A stretch of 64,000 bases of DNA from Octopus sinensis (lineage: Eukaryota): contig NC_043004.1 of assembly GCF_006345805.1 (NCBI RefSeq), positions 85,374,001 to 85,438,000 on the forward strand, given 5' to 3'. Below, one piece after another: positions 24,611 to 38,300 of this stretch. The position numbers and the translations under genes are program-made. Numbering within the stretch: the first letter of the stretch is position 1; each line of letters opens with the position of its first letter. Below the pieces are notes generated by a model. That model was not told where the DNA came from. It saw only the letters and a program-made list of their open reading frames with translations, and made no database searches.

Positions 24611-26849
24611 GTATACATATATATATATATACACAAGATCATATATATATACTCTCCATATGTACTCACATGCATGCATATATAGGTTACGTATAAGTGA
24701 TATCAATATGCATTTATATTTAAAATAATATAAATAATATAATTACATTAATCATATTTATTATATGAATATTTTTCATAATGTAATTTAAGACAAACTG
24801 AAATGAGACACACAGCCATATCGGAATTTAATCCAACCATAAGACGTCGGAAAATTCACCAAAACCATAAAATGTAAAACCAAATTTTCAGAGTAAACAA
24901 ATAAACAAAGATATATTGTTAAACATTTGAAGATTGATAAACAACTATATGATATTACATTAGAGATGAACTAATGTGCACTGAAAAATATTTGGCGTCA
25001 CTAGGAATGACTTCAGGTTTAATAGGAATATTGAAAATAATCAATTTCTCATATGTGCAAATGATTGGAAGGTTCCAGAAATTATTGGAGAAGAATTGAT
25101 TTGAAACAAGTGGGAATAGATTTCGTTGCAATTGAAGGTAGATTATATCGAGGTAAAACAGCATATAGCATTAATATTACGACGTTAATAATAGAAGGTA
25201 ATGTTATTCGAGACGTAGTTGAAGACAAGACAATAACATAAATATATCTATATAAATTACTATTGTATACAATAGTCTGTGAAATAACGGAAGACGCCGG
25301 AATCGATATGAAAAAATAAATGATTCTCAACAGAAATCGTCTGAAAGCAAACGCACATTAACGTAAAAATAAAGCACACTGCAATAATATATGAAATGCA
25401 AAATAAAATGTCTAAAATATCGACAACAAAGAAATGAGCAAATCTATGCAAAAAGCATAAATGTATAGACGAACACAAAACTTAACGAAATTAAAGAATT
25501 TCTTATTGAATTGGGGAAAGTGAAATCAAGAGTATAAAGACTTTTGGGAGAGGGGTTGGCGAGAAAAATAAAATAATATATTCGGTGAAAACAAATAGTT
25601 TATAAGGAGTTGAACAAACAAAACTATAAATGTACAATATTTTGTATCGTCAAAAGAAGACTTAGACATTTGAAAGAAAAAGTAGCATCGGAAAGAGAAA
25701 ACATAAAATGATATAAAGGAATATATAAAGGAATATGTTGCGTACCACAATAAAGACTCAGAAATCTCACAGCAGTTGTGCTGATGTTAATCATGTCAGG
25801 AAAGAGAAAGAAAAAAGAAAAGAAAATATTTTTCGAAGTGTTGTAAGAAGCACCTAGAGAGTCTTCATACCTCCATTGCCCAAAGCGTTAGAAAATTTAT
25901 TGTTAACAGAGAACACAACTATTTAATTATCTAAAAACCAAGAATACAAATATTCCCAAAAGAATTCCGACCCTTTGCAAAGGTCTAAAAATAAATAAGA
26001 CAAAGAAACAAAACAAGAAACTTTTACCTGGAAAAATTGAGGAGCAGAAAATAATGAAAGGGAAAAAATACCTGCGGCGTGGGTATTTTCAAAGATCTTT
26101 TATGAGATTTTCGAGAACTAACGTGTCTAACTGGTTAGCAAACAGAAGAGTGTATCGCAGCTGGGAAACTTTAACTAAATAAATGAATTAAATCCACAAT
26201 GGAAAATTTCTGCGTGATTTACTTTTACTAATAGTTTTATTTAGTTCTTCTGCTTCTGGTGAAATTAAGAATTGTAAAGGGTGCTAAACGTTAAAGCAAC
26301 AATAGTCTCTAGAGCCATACATGTTTACTTGATGTAACTTGCATAGTATTTGAGATAAACATTTATATTTGGGAGAAGAAAAAAAACTTTTACTATTTAC
26401 TTCCGTTATTTTCATGGACGTTCGTCTTAGCATGAGATCCATTGGTAGTTTTCTGTAAGGCAATGCTGATCATATTAGTAAACAATGAAACTTTATGCGG
26501 CAACGACACACGCATGATAGTTATTAAATAAGTACAAAAACATTGATGCAGGGCTTGTTGAAAAAGAAGGTCTCTGTTCAAAGAGAGTTCGTCAATGTAA
26601 CATCTTCAAAAGGATTGTTTAACATAAAAAAACAATTCAAAACATACTTGTCTTGCTTGCTGTGTTGTAGTTTATATAATCAATGTGAATGCTTCTGACG
26701 AACGAACTCTTCTTCACGTAATTATTTTCGAATACAAATACGTTAAAACAATTCGGCGTAGGTATTATAGCACTATAAACTTTATAACATTTAAAAGTTT
26801 GAAACCATTAAGTTTTTAAATTTTGCACAATTATAGCAGTTTCGGGATT

Positions 26850-27265
26850 GGGGTAAGTCAATAACCATTGATGTTAGTCATAAACTGGTACTTATTTCAT
26901 CGACCCCGAGAGGATGAAATGTAATGGCGACTTCGGCGGAATTTGAACTCCAAATGAAATACCCCTTTCTTTACTACCCACAAGGGGCTAAACACAGATA
27001 GGACAAACAAAGACAGGCAAACGGATTAAGTCGATTACATCGACCCCAGTGCGTAAATGATACTTAATTTATCGACCCCGAAAGGATGAAAGGCAAAGTC
27101 GACCTTGGCGGAATTTGAACTCAGAACGTAACGGCAGACGAAATACGGCTACGCATTTGGCCCGGCGTGCAAACGTTTCTGCCAGCACGCCTCCTTTGAA
27201 CTCCAAACGAAATACCGCTTAGCTTTGTGGATGGCGTGATAGCACTGCAGTCAGATCGTCGCCTT
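26850..27265 (-). mobile_element. Cluster of family B SINEs (partial 26850-26952, full 26965-27195, partial 27196-27265)
   Basis: Repeated atcgaccccga.aggatgaaa...ggcggaatttgaactc blocks. Confidence 0.8.
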
Positions 27266-27916
27266 AGGCATTATATTAATAATGTAAATATTTAGCATTT
27301 GATTATACGAACTTAGTTGAGTTCTAGGCTGGAAACAAATATTTGATTCTAAATTCTAACCATTCTTGCTATCCTTCAAGAAACCTTATACTGGTTTCTG
27401 TAAAACGAAAGCAGTTGGGTTCCAGTATTTCCGTCGTCGACTGCGAAATTCCTGCTACGTTTCTATTTAGCCACGCAACAACGGATTGTGTATTTGTTGG
27501 AGCGAAAAGCTGCTGCTGCTGCTTACACCGATGATTCATAGTTATTGCCATTGATATTGTTGTTATTATTTGGTTAGTGTATGACTGTGAGTATTAGCGA
27601 CATTGAGGAGGGGTTGATGATTTTGGTGATATTGCTGTTGTTACTGTTCAATCCAAGAAGACATTGTTTTCGAGTTCAGACAGTTTGACCAAAGATTACC
27701 TGGGATTATATATAGCTCTTATAATCAACACACGCATGCATAGCTGTTGAGATAAGAAGCTCAGTTTACAATCACCTGGTTTTGAGGTGAGCCTCGTTGA
27801 TCAGTCTTGCTGTCTTTCACTTTAACACCAAGCTAATCAAGACCTTGTGACTAAGTTCATTAGACGAAAGCAGTATGGTAAGCCGTCGTTTTTTACATAT
27901 ATATATATATATATAA

Positions 27917-27965
<49 letters not shown>

Positions 27966-27966
<1 letters not shown>

Positions 27967-28274
27967 GCGCAATAGCCCAGTGGTTAGGGCAGCGGACTCG
28001 CGGTTGTAGGATCGCGGTTTCGATTCACAGATCGAGCGTTGTGAGTGTTTATTGAGTGAAAACACCTAAAGATCCAAAAGGCTCCGGCAGCGGGTGGTGG
28101 CGATCCCCGCTGTACTCTTTCGCCACAAGTTTCTGTCACTCTTTCTTCTGTTGGCCCGCTCGCTTAGCCAGGAGTGTGGCGTCATTTGAAGGCTAAAACA
28201 ATGCGAAGCGCATTGTGACCAACGATGTGTAGCAAAATCTGATAACCTGGTCGGTCACGGTGATCACGGTGATA
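27966..28274 (+). mobile_element. tRNA-derived SINE (family C)
   Basis: A-box TAGCCCAGTGG (~27973), B-box GGTTTCGATTC (~28016), 3' tandem tcacggtga x2, inserted in (TG)/(TA) microsatellite. Confidence 0.75.
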
Positions 28275-28323
28275 TGTATATACATAAATATATATATATA
28301 TATATATACATATATACATACAT

Positions 28324-28404
<81 letters not shown>

Positions 28405-29040
28405 GCCTATGTGAGTGTGCTAAAAAATCGAGTGTTTTTGTCTTAGTTTGTCCCCCACGCCAAAGATGCTTTCGGTGAGACACCAACGGGACACATGAAA
28501 TATATAATTTAGGCTTTCTAACAACTCGGCAAATGCACCACATATTTTAAAATATTGGAAATGAATCAAAGACGCATAAACCATCAGCATGTTGCCGTAG
28601 CAGCAACAGCTGGTCTTAAAATCCATTTGTTTGAGAACGTTATTCATCTCTTCAAGAAACGATCTCAAGAAGTTAATATTATTCCATGACACGCACGTGT
28701 CATTCTGAAGAACATTGAAGACGTTTTCTTATACTGATTTCAAGAATCGTTCATTGGAAATGGTTTCCAGGTATAGACACATACTCGTGACAGGAGTTTA
28801 CTTCACAACTCTAAGCTAATCGAATATCTGTCAGTTGCAACATAACTTTACAGTTTAGCTTTGTTATAGTTAAGTTGATTAACCGAAAGACGGTTACCGT
28901 ACAGGTCTTCTCTTATCTCTCTTATTTACCTGACAGCTGGTGCAGATATATAGATATATGTATGTATAAATACACACACACACATATATATATATGTATA
29001 TATATATATACATATATATATATACATATATATATATACG

Positions 29041-29075
<35 letters not shown>

Positions 29076-29304
29076 GTATATGTATATTTATACAAATATA
29101 TCTGTATATATATATACATATGAATATATATATATGTATATATACATATATATGTATATATGTGTGTGCAAGTTTATAAACAGATGCATACATTAAATGC
29201 ATATTCAGATATTATATATCATATTCATTATATGCATATGCATAATTATATATTACACATATTATGTGTGTATATATAAAGATATATATATATATATATG
29301 TATG

Positions 29305-29350
<46 letters not shown>

Positions 29351-29562
29351 CATATATATATACATATATAATATATATATATATATAATATATATACATA
29401 CATATATATATATATATATAATATATATATATATATACATATAACTATCTATGCATTTATGTGTGTGTATGTATATTCATGAATAGGAATACATAATTGT
29501 ATCTATCTATAGTTTTCCATATATCTCTCTATTTCTCTCCCTCTAACTATATATATGCATGA

Positions 29563-29633
<71 letters not shown>

Positions 29634-30212
29634 TGTATGTATGTATGCATGCATGTATGTATGTATACACACATCTTACGTAACCTCAAAAATCTCTACG
29701 TAATGGCGAAACAAATATTTTCGTTCGTCTTTTTCCGTTGTTTAATGCAGTTCTTTATTTCGTTTATTCGTGTTTCATTGCACAGAGACGTCGCGAGGTT
29801 TCTAAATGCATTCCTATATATTGCAGTTTATATTTTGATCCTGCTGTTTACAGCGGTGAACTATACATCATCTAATAGCCCAAATCTGCTTCTATTTTGG
29901 AACTAAGTTGATTATTGTGAAAATAAAAGTAGTATTTGTTATTCTGAATTGTGATCTGTATAGACAAAGTAAAAAGAAAACTGCTTCTAGGTACATCAAA
30001 TATGACTAAACAACATCACCGATATCAGTATTTTCTGAGTATAAAGTTAGGTTTCGAGAGCAACAGTCGAGTGGGTGTGGGCTTAATATAGAAGTAATTT
30101 GAAATTACATTTCATCTGTTGAAAAATGTCATATTCGAGAATATAATCTCATGTACTAGATACATTTTAAGATGTAAAATAAAATGATTAACATTAGAAA
30201 GCTTTGATTATA

Positions 30213-30715
30213 TGAGGTGATATCAAAACACTCCCGGACTAGTTCTGTACTTCACCAACACGTGGCAGCACAGGATTGCCTGCTCTATAACAGCTGGTAG
30301 TGACCTTCATGAAGTAGTGTTCCTGTGTTTACATCGCAAGTTGTAAAATTTGTGTTTTTGTGATCACGTGTATGCTGTAGTCTGTGATTTTGTCATGGAC
30401 CGAAAACTGGAAGAAAGTACCAACGTGAAATTCTGCATCAAACTCGGGAGGTTAGTTGCAGAGATATTTTACATGCTTTGGCAACCTTGTGATGATGAGA
30501 CACTAGGTCGTTCGTAATGTTTCGAGTGGCGCGGGTGCTTCAAAAGCGGAAGAACGTCCCTAGAATACGACGACATTCTGAAATACCTCACGCGAACGTA
30601 ATCCCAGGGTTTATGGAGGCAATTCATCAGTTTGTGCATGATGATCGTCGGAGGTCAATCAAGGACATTGCTGACGCTGTCGGTCTGTCGTATGGATCCG
30701 TGCAGTCACACCTAA
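30213..30715 (+). mobile_element. mariner-type DNA transposon, 5' fragment
   Basis: TA followed by TIR-like tgaggtgatatcaaaacactcccggact. From 30395 reads MDRKLEESTNVKFCIKLG...CFEWRGCFKSGRTSLE (mariner HTH region), then IRRHSEIP...DDRRRSIKDIADAVGLSYGSVQ; truncated before the catalytic domain. Confidence 0.75.
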
Positions 30716-31619
30716 ACTGAAAAGCACAATTAAAAGGAAATGTTTTTTAACAAAATAAGTTTTGCTGAAAACTTAGAAACTTCACTTCATTGAATATGTA
30801 TAGTATAAGCAATGTAATGTATTGTTGCACATGAATCATGAAATATTTATGAAGTATTTGCCTAAGAGTGGGATATATGTAACGTGCATATTCCTAAATA
30901 TGTCTGTTTGCCTTTAATATTTTCATTGTTGACAAACAGGGAGGCCTGATTAAACATCCATGTGATCAGAATGATTTCACTTGTGATCACAGTTACTTTT
31001 TTTCATGACATCTGTGTATATAAGAAGATTATTTATACAACGTGAAATACTTCTTTAATAGGGAAATTATTTTGAGGAGATCTCGTTGCTATATTGTTGA
31101 TCAAGTTGATAAGAAGCGGTTGTGAACAATGCATGCACAGCTAATCGGGAAATGGTGAGATACATACAGTTGATATTGTCTTTAAGAAATGCAAGGCGAC
31201 GTTACAGGGAATTCACGACCAATGATGCAGTTGCATTGTGTTGAGATTCTGTAGCGGAAGGACGAAATAGAATGGACAGAAAGATAATATTATAGAGGAG
31301 CCACCGGCAGTAAATACACGCAATTTGATGCAAAACCTATGATAAAAACAAAACGTCCATTGAGCATTCATTAAATTGCACCATTCTTAGACAATATAAC
31401 TAATCTTACATTTTTGAAATGTTATTGGTAATGGCGAGATGGAGAGTGAAAGATTAAAGTGACAGCCGAAAACAAGATACCAAATATTCACAAGATAACA
31501 GAGAAGGAGGCTTCACGTTCAGTAAAACTCTGTACCATACTCAACAACATCTCTGCGTTTATTAATAATCATAATGATGAATAACATAGAAGTCTAGTTA
31601 TAATCTTTTCTACTAAAGG

Positions 31620-31820
31620 CACGAGGCCAGCAATTTAGGGAAGCGGGTAAGTCAATTACGTCGACGCCAATGCTGCACTGGTACATATGTCATCGACCAC
31701 TGAAGGATGAAAGGCGAAGTTGATCTCCGCGGAATTTGATCTGAGAACATAAAGCCGGTCTAAACACCGCTGAGAATTTTTCTCGGCGCGTTAATGAGTC
31801 TACCAACTGGCTGCGTTAGT
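31620..31820 (-). mobile_element. Family B SINE, diverged
   Basis: catcgacc...aggatgaaaggcgaagttgatctccgcggaatttgatctgagaac. Confidence 0.6.
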
Positions 31821-31834
31821 GATATAGTATTTTT

Positions 31835-32335
31835 TTCGTTCTCTAGTTTCAGCTCAGAGCTGCGGCCATGCTGATGCACCACCGTTTTGTTACACTTTTA
31901 TTACTAAGGGCCTCCTCTAATATGTGGCATTTGGTGAAGAATGGAGTTTGATACAGCTACCCTCATTTGCACCTCTTGCCGTGAGGTAGGTTCATCTGGG
32001 ACTCTCGACGGTAAGATGTCCAGCTTTGATTTAAAAACCCCTACTTCTACTTTGTGCAGGTTCCTCAGACTCTCTGGGAGAATATTAAAAAAGCTGTGGG
32101 CCCCTGAAACCTAGGCTGTTACAGTAACCGCTCCTGAAGCGTGATGGCGTTGCTGGGATCTTTGGCACTATGCAGTGTCGTCCCGTTCTGACATTACTGT
32201 AGCATTCAATGCCAAAATTTGGCGCAATTCCTTCCAGGATCTTCCAGATATATATTACTGCATATCTCTCCCGTCTTCTTTCCAGGGAGTAGAGTTTTAG
32301 CTGTTTCAACGTTTCCCAGTAACTGAGCTGTTACA
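31835..32335 (-). mobile_element. 5'-truncated CR1/L2-type LINE 3' end including 3'UTR
   Basis: YWETLKQLKLYSLERRRERYAVIYIWKIL...SLGFRGPQLFNILPESLR...FKSKLD...VPDEP: typical CR1/L2-group ORF2 C-terminus; short 3'UTR follows the stop. Confidence 0.75.
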
Positions 32336-32429
32336 AAGAGACGATTTTATTATTATTATAATAAAATAAGAGTTATATAATTATGTTGTATGTAGTGATC
32401 AGAAGCATATTAATAACGTAGTCATAATG

Positions 32430-32635
32430 AAACAGCAGTATTGGTTTCAAATTTTGGCACAAGTCCAACAATTAAAGAGAAGTGTCTAACTCGATTACAT
32501 CGACTCCAGTATTCCACTGGTATTTCTTTTATCCACCTCGAAAAGACGAAAAGTAAAGTCAACTTTGATGGAATTGGAACTCAGAAGACGGACAAAACCT
32601 CCTTTAAGGACTCTGCCAGTTCACCGCCTTTAATA
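32430..32635 (-). mobile_element. Family B SINE, diverged
   Basis: gattacatcgactccagta...gaaaagacgaaaagtaaagtcaactttgatggaattggaactcagaa. Confidence 0.55.
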
Positions 32636-33869
32636 CTGTTCTAGTAATGTAGTAATGATTGTGACATAGCATCCTTTTCATGTTGATAATTATTTTGATT
32701 CGTCACCGTCGTAGTTAATCTTTAACTTGAACTACATACGAAATGCTTTTTTGTAATACTGAAATCATCATTCCTATTAGAAGCTAATTATTGACACAGG
32801 TTATGGTCGATCACCTGCAGGGGAATAAACAAGTTTTAAATACGAGTAAAATCGATCACGTTTTGTTTCCAAATATATATTGCTTGTCTATTGATCTTTC
32901 TTCAAATATTAGTTTTGATTTATATCCATTAGATTATTCGATAAATTCTATTTACAATAATTATTTGTTTTGAATCAGGTGGGATCCTAAAGTATTGAAA
33001 CATCCAATGTATTTTCGATATCAATGTTTATTCGATGCATCTGTGACGTCATGAGTGCTAACATATTTTTAATCATGATAAAGCTGGAATTTCTTTTTAT
33101 CATTTTATATTCCTGCTGTAATGTATTTATGAGTTAATTCGCTTGCATTAATTATTCAGAAATAGTAAAACATTTTATGAAAAGCAATTATAATCGGGGA
33201 ATTAGAATTTTAAGGTATTAAGGGTGCATATAATCAGTTAAATTCACTTTTCGTTTATTTCTGTTGGAACTGTCTATTATGAAGTGTCAAAAATATTTCT
33301 CCTATTTCTACAGACTTAGTTTGCAAAGCAATCTCCTTAACTGCACGGCTACACGTGCATCTATTATTTTCCATTTCTATTTTACGTTCTGATTCGAAAT
33401 TCCATCGCGGCCATTTTTGCACATCAACTCAGGTTGATGTTCTCGATTTATCCGCCGAAATTGCTGGCGTTGTGCCTAAATTTGAAATCGTTATTTTCCA
33501 TTTCATTGATACCCTGACAAGCTTTTTAATCGATCATTTAATTTTACTCACCTGCCATTAAATTGGCTGACGCATAATGTATCACTCTCTGGGTAAGACA
33601 TTCTGGGAGAATGCACGAAAAACTATAGCCTTCGAGAAACTACTACAAACATTGGGAGATACCAATTCCGTTAAATAATGCAAACGACAGTTATGGTGTG
33701 CAAGACATAATTTCGTAGTTTGGTATACGACACATTCCGAGGAAATTCAGGAACTAAGGTTTCAGATAAATTCCTTCAACGATGGCAAAACCACTTTTAT
33801 GATCTGCCAAAATTACTCATCATGTCTTCACACATACTTGGGACGCTTTAAGAAAATTTAGTAAAACAC

Positions 33870-34690
33870 TTTTTGATAATCCATTAAATGTTCTTGAAGT
33901 AAGAATTGCTTTGCACAAACTTAAAAATGGAAAATCTTCCGACATTTATGGTATTGTATAAGAAACACTCAAAGTGTGGGAAATTCAACTATGGTACAAA
34001 TCTTCTACGCAATCTTATTTAAAAGGTGAGGGGGGAATCACAAAGGAACTCAGAATAGAAGAAAGGAGATACGTTGCTGAACGAGTTGTAAAAGGCAAAA
34101 TTTTGTGAGATCATATTTCCTAAGTCTGTCCTCAATATTGTACGAAGAATATTGAGCAGAACAATTATTCAAATATTATTTGGCTTATTTAGAGCCTGTA
34201 TTTAGAGCCTTTATTAAGTTTTCTGAATGCTCGAAGAACCAATATGTTCCGCTCGTTAAATTCAAGAGGAATTCAATGACCAAAGACGTTATCTCTATCG
34301 TTGCTTCATTGACTTCACCAAGGTGTTTAATTCAGTGAATCATGATGCCTTGTTGGTAATTGTGAGAAGGTTTGGCAGTCTTGAAGAATATACAAATGAC
34401 ATCTATATTTACCGTATTAAGTGAGTGCTTATGGTAATTGCTAAAATATACTCACACCAATTTTTAATTAGCGATGGTTTAAAACAAGGTGAAATAAATA
34501 CTGCTTCTTCATTTGCAAAATATTTACAATAAAGTTTCGATTATGTGCAATACAACACGATAACAGATATTTATACACGTTAAGTTATTCAACCCCAAAC
34601 GTATTAATTCTAAGGGTATCTAATAAAGGATGTCATTTATGCCGAAGATTGTGATATCGTCACACACGAACGTAGATATCACCAAACATT
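33870..34690 (+). pseudogene. RTE/BovB-like reverse transcriptase remnant
   Basis: LKNGKSSDIYGI, FIDFTKVFNSVNHDALLVIVRRFG, ISDGLKQG, IYAEDCDIV (YADD-equivalent); heavily frameshifted. Confidence 0.7.
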
Positions 34691-34951
34691 TATAGTTAAA
34701 TTTTCATTGCTGAACTATTATTCTTTATTATCCCAGAATCCGAAAGCCTTGTATTATACAGTATATGTCGAAATTTAATATCTGCATCTCCATTCAAATA
34801 TATAAGCAACATTTTCAGCAGAGTGTGCCGTGTTGATGTCATAGCAAGTACAATTGTGATTCCGAGAAAATTTTGTAAACAAATATTACTTTTGTCTTTT
34901 AACAGATATATACTTGACCGTTTTATAGCATGAGTTAACACGTCGATGTCA

Positions 34952-35132
34952 TCTATACATATAAATTTGAGAATGTATATCTGCCTATCAGTCTGTATGC
35001 GTCCATCACTAAAACGCCAGAACAACCAGATCAATTTCATTCAAATTTTACACATAACATGATTAGGGTCCATGGTGTGTGATGGGCCAATTTTCATCTT
35101 GTTGCCTAATGCGAGCCCGGTGCAATCACTTA
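34952..35132 (+). mobile_element. Possible non-autonomous Helitron-derived element
   Basis: Starts A|TCTATACATATAAA and ends with GC-rich gcgagcccggtgc followed by a CTAG-like end; no TSD. Confidence 0.35.
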
Positions 35133-35190
35133 ATGTATACGCTCTTCGGTATTACGTGTCAGAAGTGAAAAAATGTCATATAACAGATTC

Positions 35191-35345
35191 ACTATTTACA
35201 TTATTTACATTTGACGATATTTGTCCTCATCTTGTTTCTTGTTAATACAACGTTTCGCTTAATATACCCTCCAGGCTTCATCAGCTATCTTGGGAAAATT
35301 CCGAAACTGGGTTCTTAATCCTAAGGTATTTTTCGATATTGTTGT
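35191..35345 (-). mobile_element. Short repeat carrying a minimal type I hammerhead-like motif (probable PLE terminus)
   Basis: Minus strand 35290-35241: AGATAG CTGATGA A GCCTG-GAGGGTATAT-TAAGC GAAACGTT GTATT. Confidence 0.55.
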
Positions 35346-35375
<30 letters not shown>

Positions 35376-35376
<1 letters not shown>

Positions 35377-38300
35377 TTTTTTTTCTTCTTTCAAATTTGC
35401 TTCCATTTCTTGCCGAGTGTCTTCCCGACTCCTAGGGCAAAGAAACTCATAGTATACATTGGTAGGCCATTAAACCAAACTCAGTACTTCGTTCATTTTT
35501 TTTTTTTTTAAAGTTAAATTAAAATACATGAGCAGCAACAGTTCTCACATCGACAATGCTCTTCTCAATACGTGTGATGTACCAGTTAAGACAATCTTTT
35601 GCACTTCTTGCAGGGATGGTAAGCCAGGGATCATTCTCATATAATTTTCGGTTCCCTTCTTGATCATTCCTAGTGCTCCTACGATCACTGGTATTGTAAC
35701 CGCCTTGAGATGCCACATTTTCTCAATTTCAATGAGTAGGTCTTTATATTTTCTGAGCTTGTCAAACTCTTTCGCTGAGATATTATGATCACAGGGGATG
35801 CTCATGTCGATCAATAAGCAAACTTTATTGTTTTGGTCTTTCACAACAATATCTGGTTTATTGGCCTTGATGGTTCGGTCTGTATGTACTGGAAAGTCCC
35901 ACAGAATGGTTACATTTTCTCCTTCAGTTACAGCCTCAGGGTGGTGATTATACCACTTGTCGGCAGTTTTGATATTGTAATGCCGACTTATTAGCCAGTG
36001 GAGATATTGGCCAACTCTGTCATGTCTTAATTTATACTCCACTGGTGCTAAGACTTTACATCCAGAGATTAGGTGGTCCACTGTTTCAATCATGTCGTTG
36101 CAGAATCGGCATTTTGGGTCTGCTCCATTTTTCATCACATTGGCCTGGTAGTTCCGGGTTAATAGGCTTTGATCTTGAGCAGCCAGGATGAAACCTTCGC
36201 TCTCTGCTTTTAGCCCTGAGCTCCGTAGCCACTGATGGGTTTGCTTCTGGTCAACATCAGCTTGTTTGCTGCGGGTCACATATTTGCCGTGCAGAGGTTT
36301 CTCCTCCCACCTATCAGCCAAATGCTCGTGCGCTTTTTTCATTGCCATCATTTTCACCTTCTTTGCAACAATAGTTGCCGTACTTCCCTCGGGTTGTTCA
36401 GTTTGGGTATCCTGCACGAGATCAATAGCAATTTTTTTGCTTTCCTTTATAATAGAATGAAGCTTCTTTCGTTTCTCGTGATTTTCCACGAGCTTTAGCA
36501 TCCAGTCATTCGATATTTCGAGATATTTGGCCAGTCCAATTGTGGTTGTTTGTAAGCTAGTTCAAATTGGATCAGGCCTCGACCTCCTTGGGCTCTGGGA
36601 AGGTAAAGGCGATCTACGTCTGCCTTTGGGTGGTGCATCCTATTACAACTCAGCAGCTTGCGTATTTTTCTATCTATATTCTTTACTTCACTCATATTCC
36701 AGTTCAACACATTGTAGCTATAAGTAACAACTGGAACTGCTAAGGAATTTATAGCTAACACCTTGTTACGTGCATTTAGTTCAGATTTCAGGACTGCACG
36801 AACTCTCCTATAACATTCCTTCCTGATTTTCTCTTTCATGCTTGCATGCTGAATACCAGAGCCTTCATTTATCCCTAAATATTTGTATGTTTGTTCTTGC
36901 TCAAGCTCTCTTATGACTGTGTCAACATCTAACACGACTGAATTTGTGGTCTTCACTTTCCCTTTCTGGAAAGTGGCCTTGGCACACTTCTCAAGTCCAA
37001 ACTCCATCCCGATGTTATTGCTGAATGCTTTCACGGTGCGCAATAGGCCTTCAAGTTCATTATTGTCTTTACCATAAAGTTTTAAGTCATCCATATAAAA
37101 TAGATGGCTCATTTTTTTATTGGCAATTTTATACCCATACCCTGTTCTGTTTAATTCACTTGTAAGGGGTATTAGGGCTATGCAGAATATTAAAGGTGAA
37201 AGTGAGTCACCTTGAAAAATTCCACAGTTGATGTTTATATTTTCTGAGGCAAGTACTCCATTAGAGTGGTATAATTGGAGATTCGTATTCCACGACATAT
37301 TGTGCTTCAGGAAGTTTGAAATCACAGGGGAAATTTTGAAGATATCCAGCGATCTCAAGATCCATGGATGCGGTATACTGTCGAAGGCCTTTTTGTAGTC
37401 AATCCATGCGGTGCTGAGATTTCTGCGCTTGTTGTGACAGTTCTCAAGGATCATACGATTGATTAGCAGTTGATCTTTGCATCCGTAAGAGCCTCGGCAG
37501 CACCCTTTTTGTTCAATGGGGAAAATATCGTTCTTCTCCATGAATGCATATGTTTTCTCCGCCAGGATAGATGTTAGGATTTTATACGTGGTGGATAGAC
37601 AGGTTATAGGCCGATAGTTTTTTGGAAGGTTGGTTTCGTTATTCTTTCGGAGTAGGTAAGTAATGCCACTTGCTAACCATTCAGGTGTTTTCTTTGGGTC
37701 TCTCATAATTCCATTGAGCAGCTGAACTAGCTTACCGTGTGCGCATGGGAACGATGCGAGCCAGAAATTCGGCACCCTATCTTTACCGGGGGATTTCCAA
37801 TTATGGGCCTTCGTGAGTGCCTTTCTTAGGTCTGCTATTGTGATGTCTTCCCATGCTTGTTGTTGTAAACTTTGGTAGGATCCTTCGGTTTGTATAATCC
37901 AGTCTGCATTTATGTTGTACGTCTTCTTGTCACTCCAAATCCTTTTCCAAAAGTTTTGAACTTCTTCCATGGGAGGGGGGTCTTTAACGGTTAGTTTCTC
38001 CTTCCCTTTTTCTCTATAGAATTTTTTGGCATTGGATGTGAACAGCTTATTTTGCTTGTAAAACTTGTTTCTCTTCTCAAATCTTCGTATTCTTTGGGCT
38101 TTTGCTTGGACTTTTTGTTTCAGCGTTTCTTTTATTGATATCAGTTCTTCTCTTGGTGAGGATCCAAATTTTCTCTTCATCTTTCTTCCTGTTCTGGATC
38201 TTACATCATTTCCACATATTAGTTCATTTAATATTGATATTACCCCTCTCATAAATTCAATCTCTTTTTCAATTTTACTTCTCCAGGTTTGATTTCTTCC

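Noticed and set aside
26020-26075. Minus-strand polypyrimidine-CAG|GTAAAA (recursive splice site or 44-nt mini-intron); similar cag|gtatgt at ~47120 on +
   Set aside because: Weak donor or weak pyrimidine tract, no coding context, and expected by chance in AT-rich DNA.
27369-28692. Non-repetitive short ORFs (27369-27551, 28420-28692; also 3396-3599, 48253-48552) as host exons
   Set aside because: No recognisable domain and no consistent splice-site framework.
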